From: an uncultured Catenibacterium sp.
GTDB lineage: Bacteria; Bacillota_I; Bacilli_A; Erysipelotrichales; Coprobacillaceae
Length of the DNA stretch: 64,000 nt
Assembly: GCF_900540665.1 (NCBI RefSeq)
Contig: NZ_UQGV01000001.1
Coordinates: 4,967-68,966, forward strand
Direction: 5' to 3'
Below, one piece after another: positions 8,998-19,172 of this stretch (position 1 is the stretch's first letter; each line of letters starts with the position of its first letter). Position numbers and translations under genes: made by a program. Below the pieces are notes generated by a model. That model was given only the letters and a program-made list of their open reading frames with translations, searched no databases and was not told the origin of the DNA.

Positions 8998-9606
8998 ATG
9001 ATTGCGATTGTTGATTATCATGTAGGAAATCTTGGATCAGTCACAAATGCTTGTAAAAGACAGGGGATGGATGTAGTTGTCACAAATGATCCTGAAGTTA
9101 TTCGTCAGGCGGATGGCATTATTTTTCCTGGTGTTGGCGCATTTCCTGCAGCTATGAGTAATTTAGAAGCATGTCATCTTGTACCTGTACTTAATGAAGT
9201 GAAGGATAAGGGAACACCAATACTTGGTATTTGTATTGGGATGCAGCTTTTATTTGAAGAAGGCAGTGAGAATGGACATACAAAGGGATTAGGATTCTTA
9301 AAGGGTTCTGTCGATAAGATGGAAGTCGATGCAAAGCTTCCACATATGGGATGGAATCAGTTAGTTATTAAACAGTCTCATCCTTTATTAAAGTATGTAG
9401 AAGAAGGCGATTATGTCTACTTTGTCCATTCATATAGTGCGCATTGTCCAGAAGATGAGATTGGGGCTTATGTGAATTATGGTGGTAAGAAGATTACTGC
9501 TTTTGTATATAAAGATAATGTCATGGGTACGCAGTTCCACCCTGAAAAGAGTGGAGAGATTGGTAAGAAGATCTTACGTGCCTTTAAGGAGTTGGTGTCA
9601 TGTTAG
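8998..9606 (+). CDS. hisH: imidazole glycerol phosphate synthase, glutaminase subunit
   Basis: 202 aa class I GATase (GICIGMQLL, the catalytic Cys, and H..E near the C-terminus). Confidence 0.9.
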   Translation: MIAIVDYHVGNLGSVTNACKRQGMDVVVTNDPEVIRQADGIIFPGVGAFPAAMSNLEACHLVPVLNEVKDKGTPILGICIGMQLLFEEGSENGHTKGLGFLKGSVDKMEVDAKLPHMGWNQLVIKQSHPLLKYVEEGDYVYFVHSYSAHCPEDEIGAYVNYGGKKITAFVYKDNVMGTQFHPEKSGEIGKKILRAFKELVSC

Positions 9607-10319
9607 TTATTCCAGCCATTGATTTAAAAGATGGAGAAGCAGTCCGTCTTTATAAGGGCGATTACAATAAGAAAGTTGTTTATTCATCACATCCTGAAGA
9701 ATTAGCAGCAGGATTTGAGAAGATGGGTGCAAAGTATCTCCATGTAGTAGATCTAGATGGTGCAAAAGATGCCCATGCAACTAATAAAGAAACAATTAAA
9801 AGAATACGTGCTGCTATTTCTATTCCCATGGAATTAGGAGGAGGTATTCGTGATATGGATACAGTCTCTATGTATTTAGATGAGATTGGGGTAGATCGTG
9901 TGATTCTTGGTACGGCGGCTATTAAGAATCCTGCTTTTCTTGATGAAGCATTAAAAAAGTATGGACCAGAAAGAATAGTCGTAGGAGTAGATGTAAGAGA
10001 TAGAAAGGTCAGTATTGCTGGCTGGCTTGAAACAAGTGATGTAGATTATCTGACATTTATTCATCAATTAGAAGAAAGAGGTGTGAAATACATAGTATGT
10101 ACGGACATCTCTAAAGATGGTACCCTCACAGGTCCTTCTTTCCCTCTTTATGAAGAAATACACGCTAATTCTAAGATTAACTTTGTCGTCTCTGGTGGTG
10201 TAAAAGATGATGAAGATGTCTATGAAGTTAATAAACGTGATTATTATGCCTGTATTGTAGGTAAAGCATACTATGAAGGGCGTATTAATCTAAAGGAGGT
10301 CATTGAAAATGCTGGCTAA
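9600..10319 (+). CDS. hisA: ProFAR isomerase
   Basis: 239 aa. N-terminus reads [15 protein letters not shown]. Confidence 0.9.
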   Translation: MLVIPAIDLKDGEAVRLYKGDYNKKVVYSSHPEELAAGFEKMGAKYLHVVDLDGAKDAHATNKETIKRIRAAISIPMELGGGIRDMDTVSMYLDEIGVDRVILGTAAIKNPAFLDEALKKYGPERIVVGVDVRDRKVSIAGWLETSDVDYLTFIHQLEERGVKYIVCTDISKDGTLTGPSFPLYEEIHANSKINFVVSGGVKDDEDVYEVNKRDYYACIVGKAYYEGRINLKEVIENAG

Positions 10320-11076
10320 AAGAATTATTCCCTGTCTAGATATTAAAGATGGGAAGGTTGTAAAAGGTGTTAATTTCGTTGGCCTGAAGGATGTTGGTGA
10401 CCCCATTGAACTAGCGAAAGAATATGACCGTCAAAGTGCAGATGAAGTTGTCTTTCTAGACATTACTGCTACATATGAAAATAGAGACATCATCAAGGAC
10501 CTGATCCAAAGAGGGGCTGATGAACTTTCTATTCCACTATGTGTGGGTGGCGGTATTCGTACAGTTGAAGACTTTCGTATGATTCTTGCAGCAGGTGCAG
10601 ATAAGGTATCTGTTAACTCAGCTGCCGTCAAGAATCCAAATATTATTAAGGAAGCCAGTGATGAGTTTGGTGTTCAATGTGTAGTTGTCGCAGTAGATGC
10701 CAAGGCGAGAGAAGACCATTCTGGATGGGATGTCTATGTTGCAGGTGGACGTACAAATACTGGACTCGATTTAATAGAATGGGTTAAGAAATGTGAATCT
10801 CTTGGTGCTGGTGAAATACTTCTTACAAGTATGGATGCGGATGGAACAAGAGATGGATTTGATATCGATATGTTGAAGGCAGTAGTGGCAGCAGTTAATA
10901 TTCCAGTTATCGCAAGTGGTGGCTGTGGTGGTAAAGAAGATATCGTAGATGTCTTTAAAGAAACAGACTGCGATGCTGCATTAGCTGCAAGTTTATTCCA
11001 CTTTGGTGAAGCCACAGTGGATGAAGTTAAGGAATCCTGTGCACAGGCAGGTATTCCAGTAAGGAGAAATATGTAA
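10303..11076 (+). CDS. hisF: imidazole glycerol phosphate synthase, cyclase subunit
   Basis: 257 aa. N-terminus reads [16 protein letters not shown]. Confidence 0.9.
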   Translation: MKMLAKRIIPCLDIKDGKVVKGVNFVGLKDVGDPIELAKEYDRQSADEVVFLDITATYENRDIIKDLIQRGADELSIPLCVGGGIRTVEDFRMILAAGADKVSVNSAAVKNPNIIKEASDEFGVQCVVVAVDAKAREDHSGWDVYVAGGRTNTGLDLIEWVKKCESLGAGEILLTSMDADGTRDGFDIDMLKAVVAAVNIPVIASGGCGGKEDIVDVFKETDCDAALAASLFHFGEATVDEVKESCAQAGIPVRRNM

Positions 11077-11717
11077 TGAAACCAGATTTTGAGAAAATGA
11101 ATGGTCTTGTACCTGCAATTGTACAGGATGTCAAGACTAAACAGGTATTAATGCTTGCTTATGTGAATGAAGAAGCCTATGAAAAGATGTTAGAAACAGG
11201 AGATACTTGGTTCTATTCACGTTCAAGAAATAAACTATGGCATAAAGGGGAAGAATCAGGACATTTCCAGCATATTAAGGGTCTTTATTTAGATTGTGAT
11301 TTAGATACAATCGTTATTTATGTAGAACAGGTCGGAGCTGCTTGTCATACAGGTTCTTATTCTTGCTTCTTTAATGAAGTGATTCCTTATGACAATAGTG
11401 ATTTTGCACATGAACTTTATGATCTTATTGAAGATAGAAAAGTACATCCAGTAGAAAAATCTTATACAAACTACTTATTAAATGAAGGTATTGATAAAAT
11501 CTGTAAGAAGGTTGGAGAAGAAGCGACTGAAACAGTTATTGCAGCTAAGAATACATCTAAAGAAGATTTAATTGGTGAAATCGGCGATTTATATTATCAT
11601 GTATTAGTCTTAATGAGTGTCTATGGTTTAACTGTAGATGATGTTTTAGATAAATTAAAGGAAAGACATAAGGTGACAGGCAACAAAAAAGTATTCCATA
11701 CAAGAGGAGAGATTTAA
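11076..11717 (+). CDS. hisI: bifunctional phosphoribosyl-AMP cyclohydrolase / phosphoribosyl-ATP pyrophosphatase
   Basis: 213 aa. N-terminal HisI domain (LVPAIVQD...WFYSRSR) and C-terminal HisE domain. Confidence 0.9.
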   Translation: MKPDFEKMNGLVPAIVQDVKTKQVLMLAYVNEEAYEKMLETGDTWFYSRSRNKLWHKGEESGHFQHIKGLYLDCDLDTIVIYVEQVGAACHTGSYSCFFNEVIPYDNSDFAHELYDLIEDRKVHPVEKSYTNYLLNEGIDKICKKVGEEATETVIAAKNTSKEDLIGEIGDLYYHVLVLMSVYGLTVDDVLDKLKERHKVTGNKKVFHTRGEI

Positions 11718-11736
11718 ATCTCTCCTCTTTTTTGTT
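11703..11736 (+). terminator. intrinsic terminator
   Basis: Stem gaggagagatt, loop taa, stem atctctcctc, then T6. Confidence 0.75.
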
Positions 11737-11761
11737 ATAATCGAGTAAGAGAGGTGTTTGT

Positions 11762-13231
11762 ATGAAATTAGAAAAGTTATTAAATGGTTTTGAATATGAA
11801 ATCATTGGGAATAAAGATGTCGATATTACAACATTAGTCTATGATTCACGTAAGGTAGAAGAAGGCAGCTTATTTGTCTGTATGGTTGGTGCTGCTTTTA
11901 ATGCACATGATTTTATTGATCAGGTGATTGAAAAAGGAGCCCATGCGATTGTGATTTCTCAGGATGTACCTTTAAAAGAGGGGATGACTTATATTAGGGT
12001 CAAGGATACACGTATTGCGTTGGCTTTATTATCTTGTGCTTATTTTGATTATCCTAGTAAGGAATTAAAGGTAGTTGGTATTACAGGAACAAAAGGTAAG
12101 ACAAGTTCTTCATTAATGATCAAGTCTATTCTAGAACATGCAGGTAAGAAGGTTGGTATTATTGGGACAAATGGTACTTTTATTGGAGATATCCATGAAC
12201 CTACAGCCAATACAACACCAGAATCTTATGAATTACAGCGTATCATGAGAAAGATGGTAGAACATGATTGTGAATACTGTGTGATGGAAGTATCAAGTCA
12301 AGCTTTGAAAATGAACCGTGTTGCTGGTATTGAATTTGATTATGGTGTCTTTACAAATATTTCACCTGATCATATTGGTCCAAATGAACATAAGGATTTT
12401 GCGGAATATATGGCATGTAAGAAACATTTATTTGATTTCTGTCAGGTTGGTTTATTTAATAAGGATGATGAACATTTTGAAGAGTTCACAAAGGATGTTC
12501 CTTGCAAGGTATTAACATACAGTATTGAAAAAGACAGTGATCTTAAAGCTCTCCATATTGAGTTATATAATGAGAATGGTGAATTAGGTATTACCTTTGA
12601 TACGAAGGGATTGATTAATGCCTCTTTTAAAGCTTCTATGCCAGGTAAGTTCAATGCCTATAATGCATTAGTGGCCATTATGATCTGTTATTTAATTGAT
12701 GTACCTACAAAGGATATACAAAATACATTACCACAGGTTCATGTATTAGGTAGAGGACAAGTTATGCATGTCTCACCTGATTATAGTGTATTAATTGATT
12801 ATGCTCATAATGGTGTTTCTTTTGAAAGTATTATTTCTACTGTAGAACAATATAATCCTAATAAGCTAATTGTTGTCTATGGTAGTGGAGGAAAACGTTC
12901 TAAAACAAGACGATATGAATCAGGAGAAGTAGTCGCAAAGCATGGTGGTTATTCTATCTTGACTGCAGATAACCCAAGAGGAGAAAAGATTGTAGATATC
13001 TGCAAGGATATCGTAGTCGGTATTGATAAATATCATGGTGAATATACTATTATTCCTGACCGTAAAGAAGCCATCTATCATGCATTAGATATGGCTAGTA
13101 AGGGTGATGTTGTCTTATTACTTGGTAAAGGTCATGAAACATATATGATTGGTGAAGATGAAGTGACACGCCATTTCTCTGAAACAGAAGTATTAGAGGA
13201 ATATAAGAAGGAGCGTGGACTCAATGCGTAA
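11762..13231 (+). CDS. murE: UDP-N-acetylmuramoyl-L-alanyl-D-glutamate--2,6-diaminopimelate (or L-lysine) ligase
   Basis: 489 aa Mur ligase with the GITGTKGKTS P-loop and the MurE domain order. It lies between hisIE and the histidinol phosphatase gene. Confidence 0.9.
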   Translation: MKLEKLLNGFEYEIIGNKDVDITTLVYDSRKVEEGSLFVCMVGAAFNAHDFIDQVIEKGAHAIVISQDVPLKEGMTYIRVKDTRIALALLSCAYFDYPSKELKVVGITGTKGKTSSSLMIKSILEHAGKKVGIIGTNGTFIGDIHEPTANTTPESYELQRIMRKMVEHDCEYCVMEVSSQALKMNRVAGIEFDYGVFTNISPDHIGPNEHKDFAEYMACKKHLFDFCQVGLFNKDDEHFEEFTKDVPCKVLTYSIEKDSDLKALHIELYNENGELGITFDTKGLINASFKASMPGKFNAYNALVAIMICYLIDVPTKDIQNTLPQVHVLGRGQVMHVSPDYSVLIDYAHNGVSFESIISTVEQYNPNKLIVVYGSGGKRSKTRRYESGEVVAKHGGYSILTADNPRGEKIVDICKDIVVGIDKYHGEYTIIPDRKEAIYHALDMASKGDVVLLLGKGHETYMIGEDEVTRHFSETEVLEEYKKERGLNA

Positions 13232-14012
13232 GATTGATTATCATATGCATACACATTTTAGTGGTGATAGTGAATCAAGTCCTCGTGAACATATTGAACA
13301 GGCAATTAGAATGGGATTAGATGAAATATGTTTTACGGATCATCGTGATTTTGATTATCCTATTGATACATTTGATCTAGATACAGATGCTTATTTCATG
13401 GAACTGAGTGCCTTGAAGAATGAATATGTAGACCGTATTACTATTAAGATTGGTGTAGAAGTTGGATTAGACACAGATCATATTGATGAAATCAATGAAT
13501 TTGTATCACAATGTCCTTTTGATTATGTTATTGGTTCTATTCATGTCATTCATCATACAGAATTCTATTATGGAGAATTCTTCAAGGGTAAGACTAAAGA
13601 AGAAGCACATAGAGAATTCTTTGAAGAAACATTAAAATGTGTACAGACATTTGACTGTTTTAATTGTTTAGGTCATTTAGACTATATTATGCGTTATGGC
13701 CCTTATGAGGATAAACGTGTAGAACATGAATTGTATCAGGATATTATTGATGAAATCTTAAAGACACTTATTCAAAAGGGTAAGGGTATTGAAGTCAATA
13801 CATCGGGATATGCATTAAATAAGACATGTGGGTTCCCTAATTTTGATATTGTGAAGCGTTATAAAGAATTAGGTGGTACAATTATTACTGTTGGTACTGA
13901 TTCTCATACAAGTGATCGTGTAGGAGAACATGTAGATGATGTTTTAAAACATTATCAGGAAATTGGTTTTGACGATGTAACTACATTCACAAAAAGAGTG
14001 AAAGATAATTAA
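13215..14012 (+). CDS. histidinol-phosphatase, PHP family (HisK/HisJ type)
   Basis: 265 aa. N-terminus IDYHMHTHFSGDS together with the other PHP-domain histidines. It overlaps the 3' end of murE. Confidence 0.85.
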   Translation: MDSMRKIDYHMHTHFSGDSESSPREHIEQAIRMGLDEICFTDHRDFDYPIDTFDLDTDAYFMELSALKNEYVDRITIKIGVEVGLDTDHIDEINEFVSQCPFDYVIGSIHVIHHTEFYYGEFFKGKTKEEAHREFFEETLKCVQTFDCFNCLGHLDYIMRYGPYEDKRVEHELYQDIIDEILKTLIQKGKGIEVNTSGYALNKTCGFPNFDIVKRYKELGGTIITVGTDSHTSDRVGEHVDDVLKHYQEIGFDDVTTFTKRVKDN

Positions 14013-14033
14013 GTCTATGTTATAATAGGCGAG

Positions 14034-14405
14034 ATGGGAGAGATAAAGATGATAGAAATACTTACAAAAGATGACGTAGAAGAACTAAACAGCGAAAAAA
14101 ATGATCAATACTACATTCCTGGTGAATTATTTAATGGGATGCAGTACAACCTTATAAGACTAGAAGTAAAATGGGCTTATGTGGCTGTATTAAATACATT
14201 ATTGAATAAACCACATTATGATCAGGATAATAATGCCTATGTAAAAGATGATTCTCCTGCAATTATTGAGATGTTGGTTAAGATTGCGAATAAGAAAGTC
14301 AATGCCGCAAAGATTGAAGGATATCTTGATGAGATGGATGAATTAGAACTCGTAAGACGTGATGGAAGAAACGTTTACGTTAGAAAAATTGTTTCAATTT
14401 TTTAG
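14034..14405 (+). CDS. small protein with a replication-initiator-A N-terminal-like (winged-helix) domain
   Basis: 123 aa. The pattern YYIPGELFNGMQYNLIRLEVKWAYVAVLN...ELELVRRDGRNVYVRKI resembles the RepA_N family (LP..LF......YK.LS..AK.LY..L...ELGLI.R.R.G.....YV). No replication partner genes are nearby. Confidence 0.45.
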   Translation: MGEIKMIEILTKDDVEELNSEKNDQYYIPGELFNGMQYNLIRLEVKWAYVAVLNTLLNKPHYDQDNNAYVKDDSPAIIEMLVKIANKKVNAAKIEGYLDEMDELELVRRDGRNVYVRKIVSIF

Positions 14406-14431
14406 AGAAAGGTTCCTTTCTCTTTTTTAAT
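14404..14431 (+). terminator. intrinsic terminator
   Basis: Stem agagaaagg, loop ttcc, stem tttctct, then T6. Confidence 0.65.
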
Positions 14432-14449
14432 AGATAAGGGGGAATATTT

Positions 14450-15613
14450 ATGTATCAGTTATTAATAAAGACATTTGTACGTGATTATAAGAATACTGAA
14501 AATGCACATGTAAGAGAACAATATGGAACAGTCTGTTCTATTATTTCTATAGTATGTAATATCATACTTGTAGTATTTAAACTCATTTTTGGCACATTAG
14601 TTCATTCTGTTTCTATTGTGGCAGATGGTTACAACAACTTATCTGATGCAGGAAGTAATATTGCGACATTCTTTGGCTTTAAGCTTGCGAATAAGCATCC
14701 AGATGCAGAACATCCATATGGTCATGGACGTTTTGAATATATTACCGGTCTAGGTATTTCTTTTTTAATTATTTTAGTTGGTTTAATGAGTTTAAAGGAT
14801 GCAGTCTTAAAACTCTTTAATCCAGAAGCAGTTAAGTTTAGTGTTCCTGCACTTATTGCTTTGATATTCTCAGTATTAGTTAAGATATGGATGGGTTATT
14901 TTAATCGTAAGGCAGGCAAGGAAATCAACTCAACCGCATTAGAAGCAGCTGCCCAGGATAGTATGAATGATGTTATGGCAACTTCTGCAACTATTGTGGC
15001 TCTAGTCGCTTCTTTAGTTACTGATCTACCAGTGGATAGTTTAATTGGTGCGGCAGTATCTGTTGTTGTAGTCATTTCAGGTATTTCTATCGCAAAATCA
15101 ACTATTGATCCACTTCTTGGTATTAAACCAGATCCAGAAACAATTAAAGAAATAGAAGACTATTTAATGAGTAATAACTGCGTTATGGGTATTCATGATT
15201 TAATGATGCATGATTATGGCCCAGGACGTCGTTATTTAACTGTTCATTGTGAAGTAGATGCTTCTATAGATATGATGACAACACATGATGAAATAGACAA
15301 TATTGAACGTGCAATGATGGAGAAGTTCCATATTCTTACTACTATTCATATGGATCCTATTGATATCCATGATACACTCACAAATGAGTTAAGAGATAAG
15401 ATCAGTGACCTTGTAGAATCTATTGATTCATCACTCTCTATCCATGACTTTAGAATAGTGAGAGGTCCTACACATACAAACCTTGTCTTTGATGTATTAA
15501 TGAAGGATGATAAGTATAGTAAGAAGGAACTTAATAAATTAATTACTTCTAAGGTCAAAGAAATGAATCAGACATATTATTGTGTTATTAATTTCGAATA
15601 TTCATTTGTCTAG
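14450..15613 (+). CDS. cation diffusion facilitator (CDF) family metal efflux transporter
   Basis: 387 aa. The CDF signature (HSVSIVADGYNNLSD...HPYGHGRFE) is present, with six TM helices and a C-terminal cytoplasmic domain. Confidence 0.85.
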   Translation: MYQLLIKTFVRDYKNTENAHVREQYGTVCSIISIVCNIILVVFKLIFGTLVHSVSIVADGYNNLSDAGSNIATFFGFKLANKHPDAEHPYGHGRFEYITGLGISFLIILVGLMSLKDAVLKLFNPEAVKFSVPALIALIFSVLVKIWMGYFNRKAGKEINSTALEAAAQDSMNDVMATSATIVALVASLVTDLPVDSLIGAAVSVVVVISGISIAKSTIDPLLGIKPDPETIKEIEDYLMSNNCVMGIHDLMMHDYGPGRRYLTVHCEVDASIDMMTTHDEIDNIERAMMEKFHILTTIHMDPIDIHDTLTNELRDKISDLVESIDSSLSIHDFRIVRGPTHTNLVFDVLMKDDKYSKKELNKLITSKVKEMNQTYYCVINFEYSFV

Positions 15614-15686
15614 AAGTGTACAACCATAGTAAGAAATGTTAAAATCTTAATAGATAACTAACAATAATTTCATATATAAATTCGAG

Positions 15687-16985
15687 GTGATTCAAGTGAA
15701 GAAAGCAAGTAAGATTATTACAGGATTTAATAAAGGGGAATACAAAGCACTGATTAAGGATCTTTATACTGAAGATGCTAGACTTACAAAGCAGAAAAAC
15801 CGTTATGTTGCTGCTTTGAAAAAATTCATTGATTTATATGGTGATGAAGAAGTAGAAATCTATAGTGCACCAGGACGTAGTGAAATCTGTGGTATGCATA
15901 CAGATCATCAGCATGGTAAGATGCTTGCATGTGCTGTAAATCGTGATATTATTGCGGTTGTGACACCTACAGATGACAATGTTGTAAGAATTGTGTCTGA
16001 AGGATTCCCAGATATTCGTCCTATCACAATTAGTAAAGCAGGATTAAAGTTAGCTTTTGATGAACAGGGGACAACTGAATCTTTAATTAAAGGGATTGTA
16101 TCTCAGTTTCAGAAACTAGGCTATGAAGTAGGTGGTTTTAAAGCTTATCTTACAAGTGAAGTACCACTTTATTCAGGTATGTCATCAAGTGCTGCAGTAG
16201 AAGTACTTCTTGCGACTATTTTAAATGGTTTATACAATAGTGGTTCTATTAGCCCATTAATTATTGCACAGATTGCACAGTATGCTGAAAATATCTATTT
16301 TGGTAAGCCATGTGGTTTAATGGACCAGGCAGCTTGTTCTATTGGTGGTTTAATTAAGATTGATTTCAAGGACCCTAAGAAACCACTTATCAAGAAACAG
16401 ATGATCAAGTTTGAACAGTTCAATCATTCTTTATGTATTGTAGATACTAAAGATGTACCAGTTAACTTAACTAAAGAATATCGTGCTATTATCGAAGAAA
16501 TGAGATCAGTTGCTAAATACTTCGGTAAAGAATTCTTAAGAGAAGTAGATGAAAATGAATTCTACGATCATATTATACCAATGCGTAAAGTATGTTCAGA
16601 TAGAGCTATCTTACGTGCAATGCATTTCTATAGTGAAGAAAAGCGTGTGAATAAAGAATTAAAGGCACTAAGAGATGGTAACTTCAATGAGTTCAAGATT
16701 CAGATCAGACGTTCTGGTAACAGCTCATTTGAATATTTACAGAATGTTTATTCTTCAAAAGACCCTTCTCATCAGAACATTTCTCTTGCAATCTGTATGA
16801 GTGAAAAGATTCTAAAAGATAAGGGTGTAGTAAGAGTACATGGTCCTGGTTTTGAAGGTACTATTCAAGTATTTGTTGAAAATGATTATGCAAGAAAGTA
16901 TAAGAATGAAATAGAAAAGTATATGGGTAAACATTGCTGTTATGTTACTCATATCAGACAGCAGGGCGCTATGAAAGTCATCTAA
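15687..16985 (+). CDS. GHMP kinase, galactokinase family
   Basis: 432 aa. A galactokinase-signature-like N-terminus (APGRSEICGMHTDHQHG) and the GHMP ATP-binding motif (GMSSSAA). Substrate unknown. An alternative GTG start at 15696 has a better RBS. Confidence 0.7.
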   Translation: MIQVKKASKIITGFNKGEYKALIKDLYTEDARLTKQKNRYVAALKKFIDLYGDEEVEIYSAPGRSEICGMHTDHQHGKMLACAVNRDIIAVVTPTDDNVVRIVSEGFPDIRPITISKAGLKLAFDEQGTTESLIKGIVSQFQKLGYEVGGFKAYLTSEVPLYSGMSSSAAVEVLLATILNGLYNSGSISPLIIAQIAQYAENIYFGKPCGLMDQAACSIGGLIKIDFKDPKKPLIKKQMIKFEQFNHSLCIVDTKDVPVNLTKEYRAIIEEMRSVAKYFGKEFLREVDENEFYDHIIPMRKVCSDRAILRAMHFYSEEKRVNKELKALRDGNFNEFKIQIRRSGNSSFEYLQNVYSSKDPSHQNISLAICMSEKILKDKGVVRVHGPGFEGTIQVFVENDYARKYKNEIEKYMGKHCCYVTHIRQQGAMKVI

Positions 16986-17090
16986 ACGATGACTTTTTTT
17001 GTAATAGTTTTACATCATAAGACTTTAGATTTAACATAAAAAATGATAAAATGGCAAAGGACTTTTATATATACAAGGAGGGTGAATAAC

Positions 17091-18434
17091 ATGGATAAGA
17101 TGACAAAAGAACATCTTACGAGTCTCTTAATAAATGGGACTTCAGAACAGATTCAGGAAGCGATAGATGATATTCACCCCGCGGATATTCTTGATGTATT
17201 ACAGGATCATCATAGTCAGTTAAATAATATTCTTTCTAAACTTCCAAATGATATTATTGCGGATGTTATTGAGGAAGAAGAGGATGAAGATGAACAGTAT
17301 GAGATCCTTAAAACATTCCTTAAAGATCGTCAGAGTGCTATCTTAGATGAGATGAGTGATGATGAATTAGCTGATTTGATTGGTGAACTAGATGATCCAG
17401 AAGAGCGTGCAGATGTATTATCTAAATTAGATTTAGAAGATAAGACACATATTGAAAGTCTGTTGAAGTATGATCCAAGCACTGCTGGTGGTATCATGAC
17501 AACAGAATTCATTTCTATTAAAGCGAATAATACAGTATTAAAGACATTAGAGTTCTTACAGACTCAGGTTGAAGAAGATACAACATATTATTTATATGTT
17601 TTAGATAAAGAAAAGGTATTAAAAGGTGTTATTTCATTAAGAGATATTGTGTCTTCTTCTTTCGATACACCAATCATGGATATTGTGAATCCCAATGTAA
17701 AGACAGTAGATGTCAATATGGACCAGGAAGAAGTGGCTAAGAAGTTTATGAAATATGGCTTCTATATGATGCCAGTTGTTGATTCAGAATATCATATGCT
17801 TGGTGTTATTGAAATAGATGATGTTATGGATGTCATGGAAGAAGAAACAACAGAAGATATCAACTTGATGGCTGGTATGAGTGGTGAAGAACGTGTAGAT
17901 TCTACGGTATTAGAATCCGCAAAGAGCCGTATTCCCTGGCTTATTGTAAACTTATTTACAGCTGTGATGGCGGCTGCAGTTGTTGCTAATTTTGAATCGA
18001 CTATTGCGAAAGTAGTCTCTTTATCTTCAGTTATGTCCATTGTCACTGGAATGGGTGGTAATGCAGGGACACAGTCACTTACTATTTTATGTCGTGGTTT
18101 ATCTCTTGGTGAAGTGGATAAAGACAATGCCTTCCAGATTTTCTGTAAAGAAATCACAGTTGGTTTATTATCAGGTATTGTGATTGGCATTATTGTCGCA
18201 TTTGGTGCCTGGTGGTTTGCAAGCAACCCATGGTTTGGTTTAGTGGCAGGTCTTGCTATGATCTTAAATATGCTTGCAGCTAATATTGCGGGTTATTTAG
18301 TACCAGTTATCTTAAAACGTTTAAATATCGATCCAGCACTTGCATCAGGTGTATTTGTCACAACTGTGACAGACTGTATGGGATTTTTCTTCTTTTTAGG
18401 TCTTGCCACATTGTTCCTTCCTTTGTTAATATAA
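17091..18434 (+). CDS. mgtE: magnesium transporter MgtE
   Basis: N-terminal MgtE_N domain, tandem CBS domains and a C-terminal MgtE TM domain (...GNAGTQS...). RBS aggaggg precedes the ATG at 17091. Confidence 0.85.
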   Translation: MDKMTKEHLTSLLINGTSEQIQEAIDDIHPADILDVLQDHHSQLNNILSKLPNDIIADVIEEEEDEDEQYEILKTFLKDRQSAILDEMSDDELADLIGELDDPEERADVLSKLDLEDKTHIESLLKYDPSTAGGIMTTEFISIKANNTVLKTLEFLQTQVEEDTTYYLYVLDKEKVLKGVISLRDIVSSSFDTPIMDIVNPNVKTVDVNMDQEEVAKKFMKYGFYMMPVVDSEYHMLGVIEIDDVMDVMEEETTEDINLMAGMSGEERVDSTVLESAKSRIPWLIVNLFTAVMAAAVVANFESTIAKVVSLSSVMSIVTGMGGNAGTQSLTILCRGLSLGEVDKDNAFQIFCKEITVGLLSGIVIGIIVAFGAWWFASNPWFGLVAGLAMILNMLAANIAGYLVPVILKRLNIDPALASGVFVTTVTDCMGFFFFLGLATLFLPLLI

Positions 18435-18452
18435 GGAACGGAGGATATGATT

Positions 18453-18701
18453 ATGGAACATTTTACTTATAAAACTAAAGGAACTTGTGCAACTACTATT
18501 GATTTTGACTTAGAAGGTCATACTATTCATAACGTTGTATTTACTAGAGGATGTAATGGTAACTTAAAAGCCATTAGTAAACTTGTAGAAGGTAAAGAAG
18601 CTGAAGAAATTGCAGCTATTCTAGAAGGCAATACTTGTGGTATGAGAAATACATCATGTGCAGATCAGTTTGCATGTGCATTAAAAGAAGCAATCAAGTA
18701 A
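18453..18701 (+). CDS. TSCPD-domain small protein (TIGR03905-like)
   Basis: About 82 aa with conserved Cys residues and an NTSCADQ motif matching the TSCPD signature. A terminator follows. Confidence 0.6.
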   Translation: MEHFTYKTKGTCATTIDFDLEGHTIHNVVFTRGCNGNLKAISKLVEGKEAEEIAAILEGNTCGMRNTSCADQFACALKEAIK

Positions 18702-18702
18702 T

Positions 18703-18726
18703 TAAAAAGGCAGAGAAATCTGCCTT
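18703..18726. terminator. bidirectional intrinsic terminator
   Basis: ggcagagaaatctgcc followed by tttt, sitting between convergent genes. The identical 20-mer recurs after eno at 23166. Confidence 0.7.
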
Positions 18727-19089
18727 TTAGTGTGCACAATAATCACCTAGAATGACTGCACTTAGTCCAAGCATTATACTTAAAACTATATAAAGCACTG
18801 CAAGAGTTGTATTGCCATTCTTATGTAAAGTGATAGATTCTAAAGCGAATGTAGAGAAGGTAGTAAATCCCCCACATAATCCTGTTTTAAGTAATAGAAC
18901 GTAATGAGGATTCATAGATTTCTTTAAAGCTACAGTGCTAATAAAACCTATTAAGAAAGCCCCTAGAATATTAATAAATAGAGTCAGTAATGGAAATCCA
19001 TGGGTTGTCTTTAAAGGAATTAAACCTACTAAATAACGTAACACTGAACCAATAAAACCACCCATACCGACATATATACATGCTGTCAT
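18727..19089 (-). CDS. crcB: fluoride ion channel CrcB/FluC
   Basis: About 120 aa, four TM helices, with the CrcB motifs (GGFIGSVLRY, GFPLLTLFINILGAF, GLCGGFTTFSTFALE). Start taken at MTACIYV. Confidence 0.85.
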   Translation of the reverse strand: MTACIYVGMGGFIGSVLRYLVGLIPLKTTHGFPLLTLFINILGAFLIGFISTVALKKSMNPHYVLLLKTGLCGGFTTFSTFALESITLHKNGNTTLAVLYIVLSIMLGLSAVILGDYCAH

Positions 19090-19172
19090 AATTTCATCTC
19101 CCTTTTTGGGTATTATAAAATAGATGGAAGAGAGAATCAAAGGTGTTATAATACAAAAAAAGGGGTGGTATT

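Noticed and set aside
10734-11015. Antisense ORFs inside well-conserved genes (e.g. 10734-11015, 7164-7382, 7785-8009, 17792-18226, 23766-24059, 53555-53821, 54223-54459)
   Set aside because: They sit opposite strongly conserved coding sequence. They are low-complexity or Ser/Thr-rich frame artefacts without an RBS.
16986-17090. Possible M-box (ykoK) Mg2+ riboswitch in front of mgtE
   Set aside because: The upstream gap is only about 100 nt, whereas an M-box aptamer needs about 160 nt, and none of the conserved M-box segments are recognisable.
19090-19172. Possible fluoride riboswitch upstream of crcB
   Set aside because: The 83-bp divergent intergenic region, read on the minus strand, does not contain the crcB-motif core (GGnGAUGG...UUCGCC...CUAAUGAC). 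crcB seems to lack the riboswitch here.
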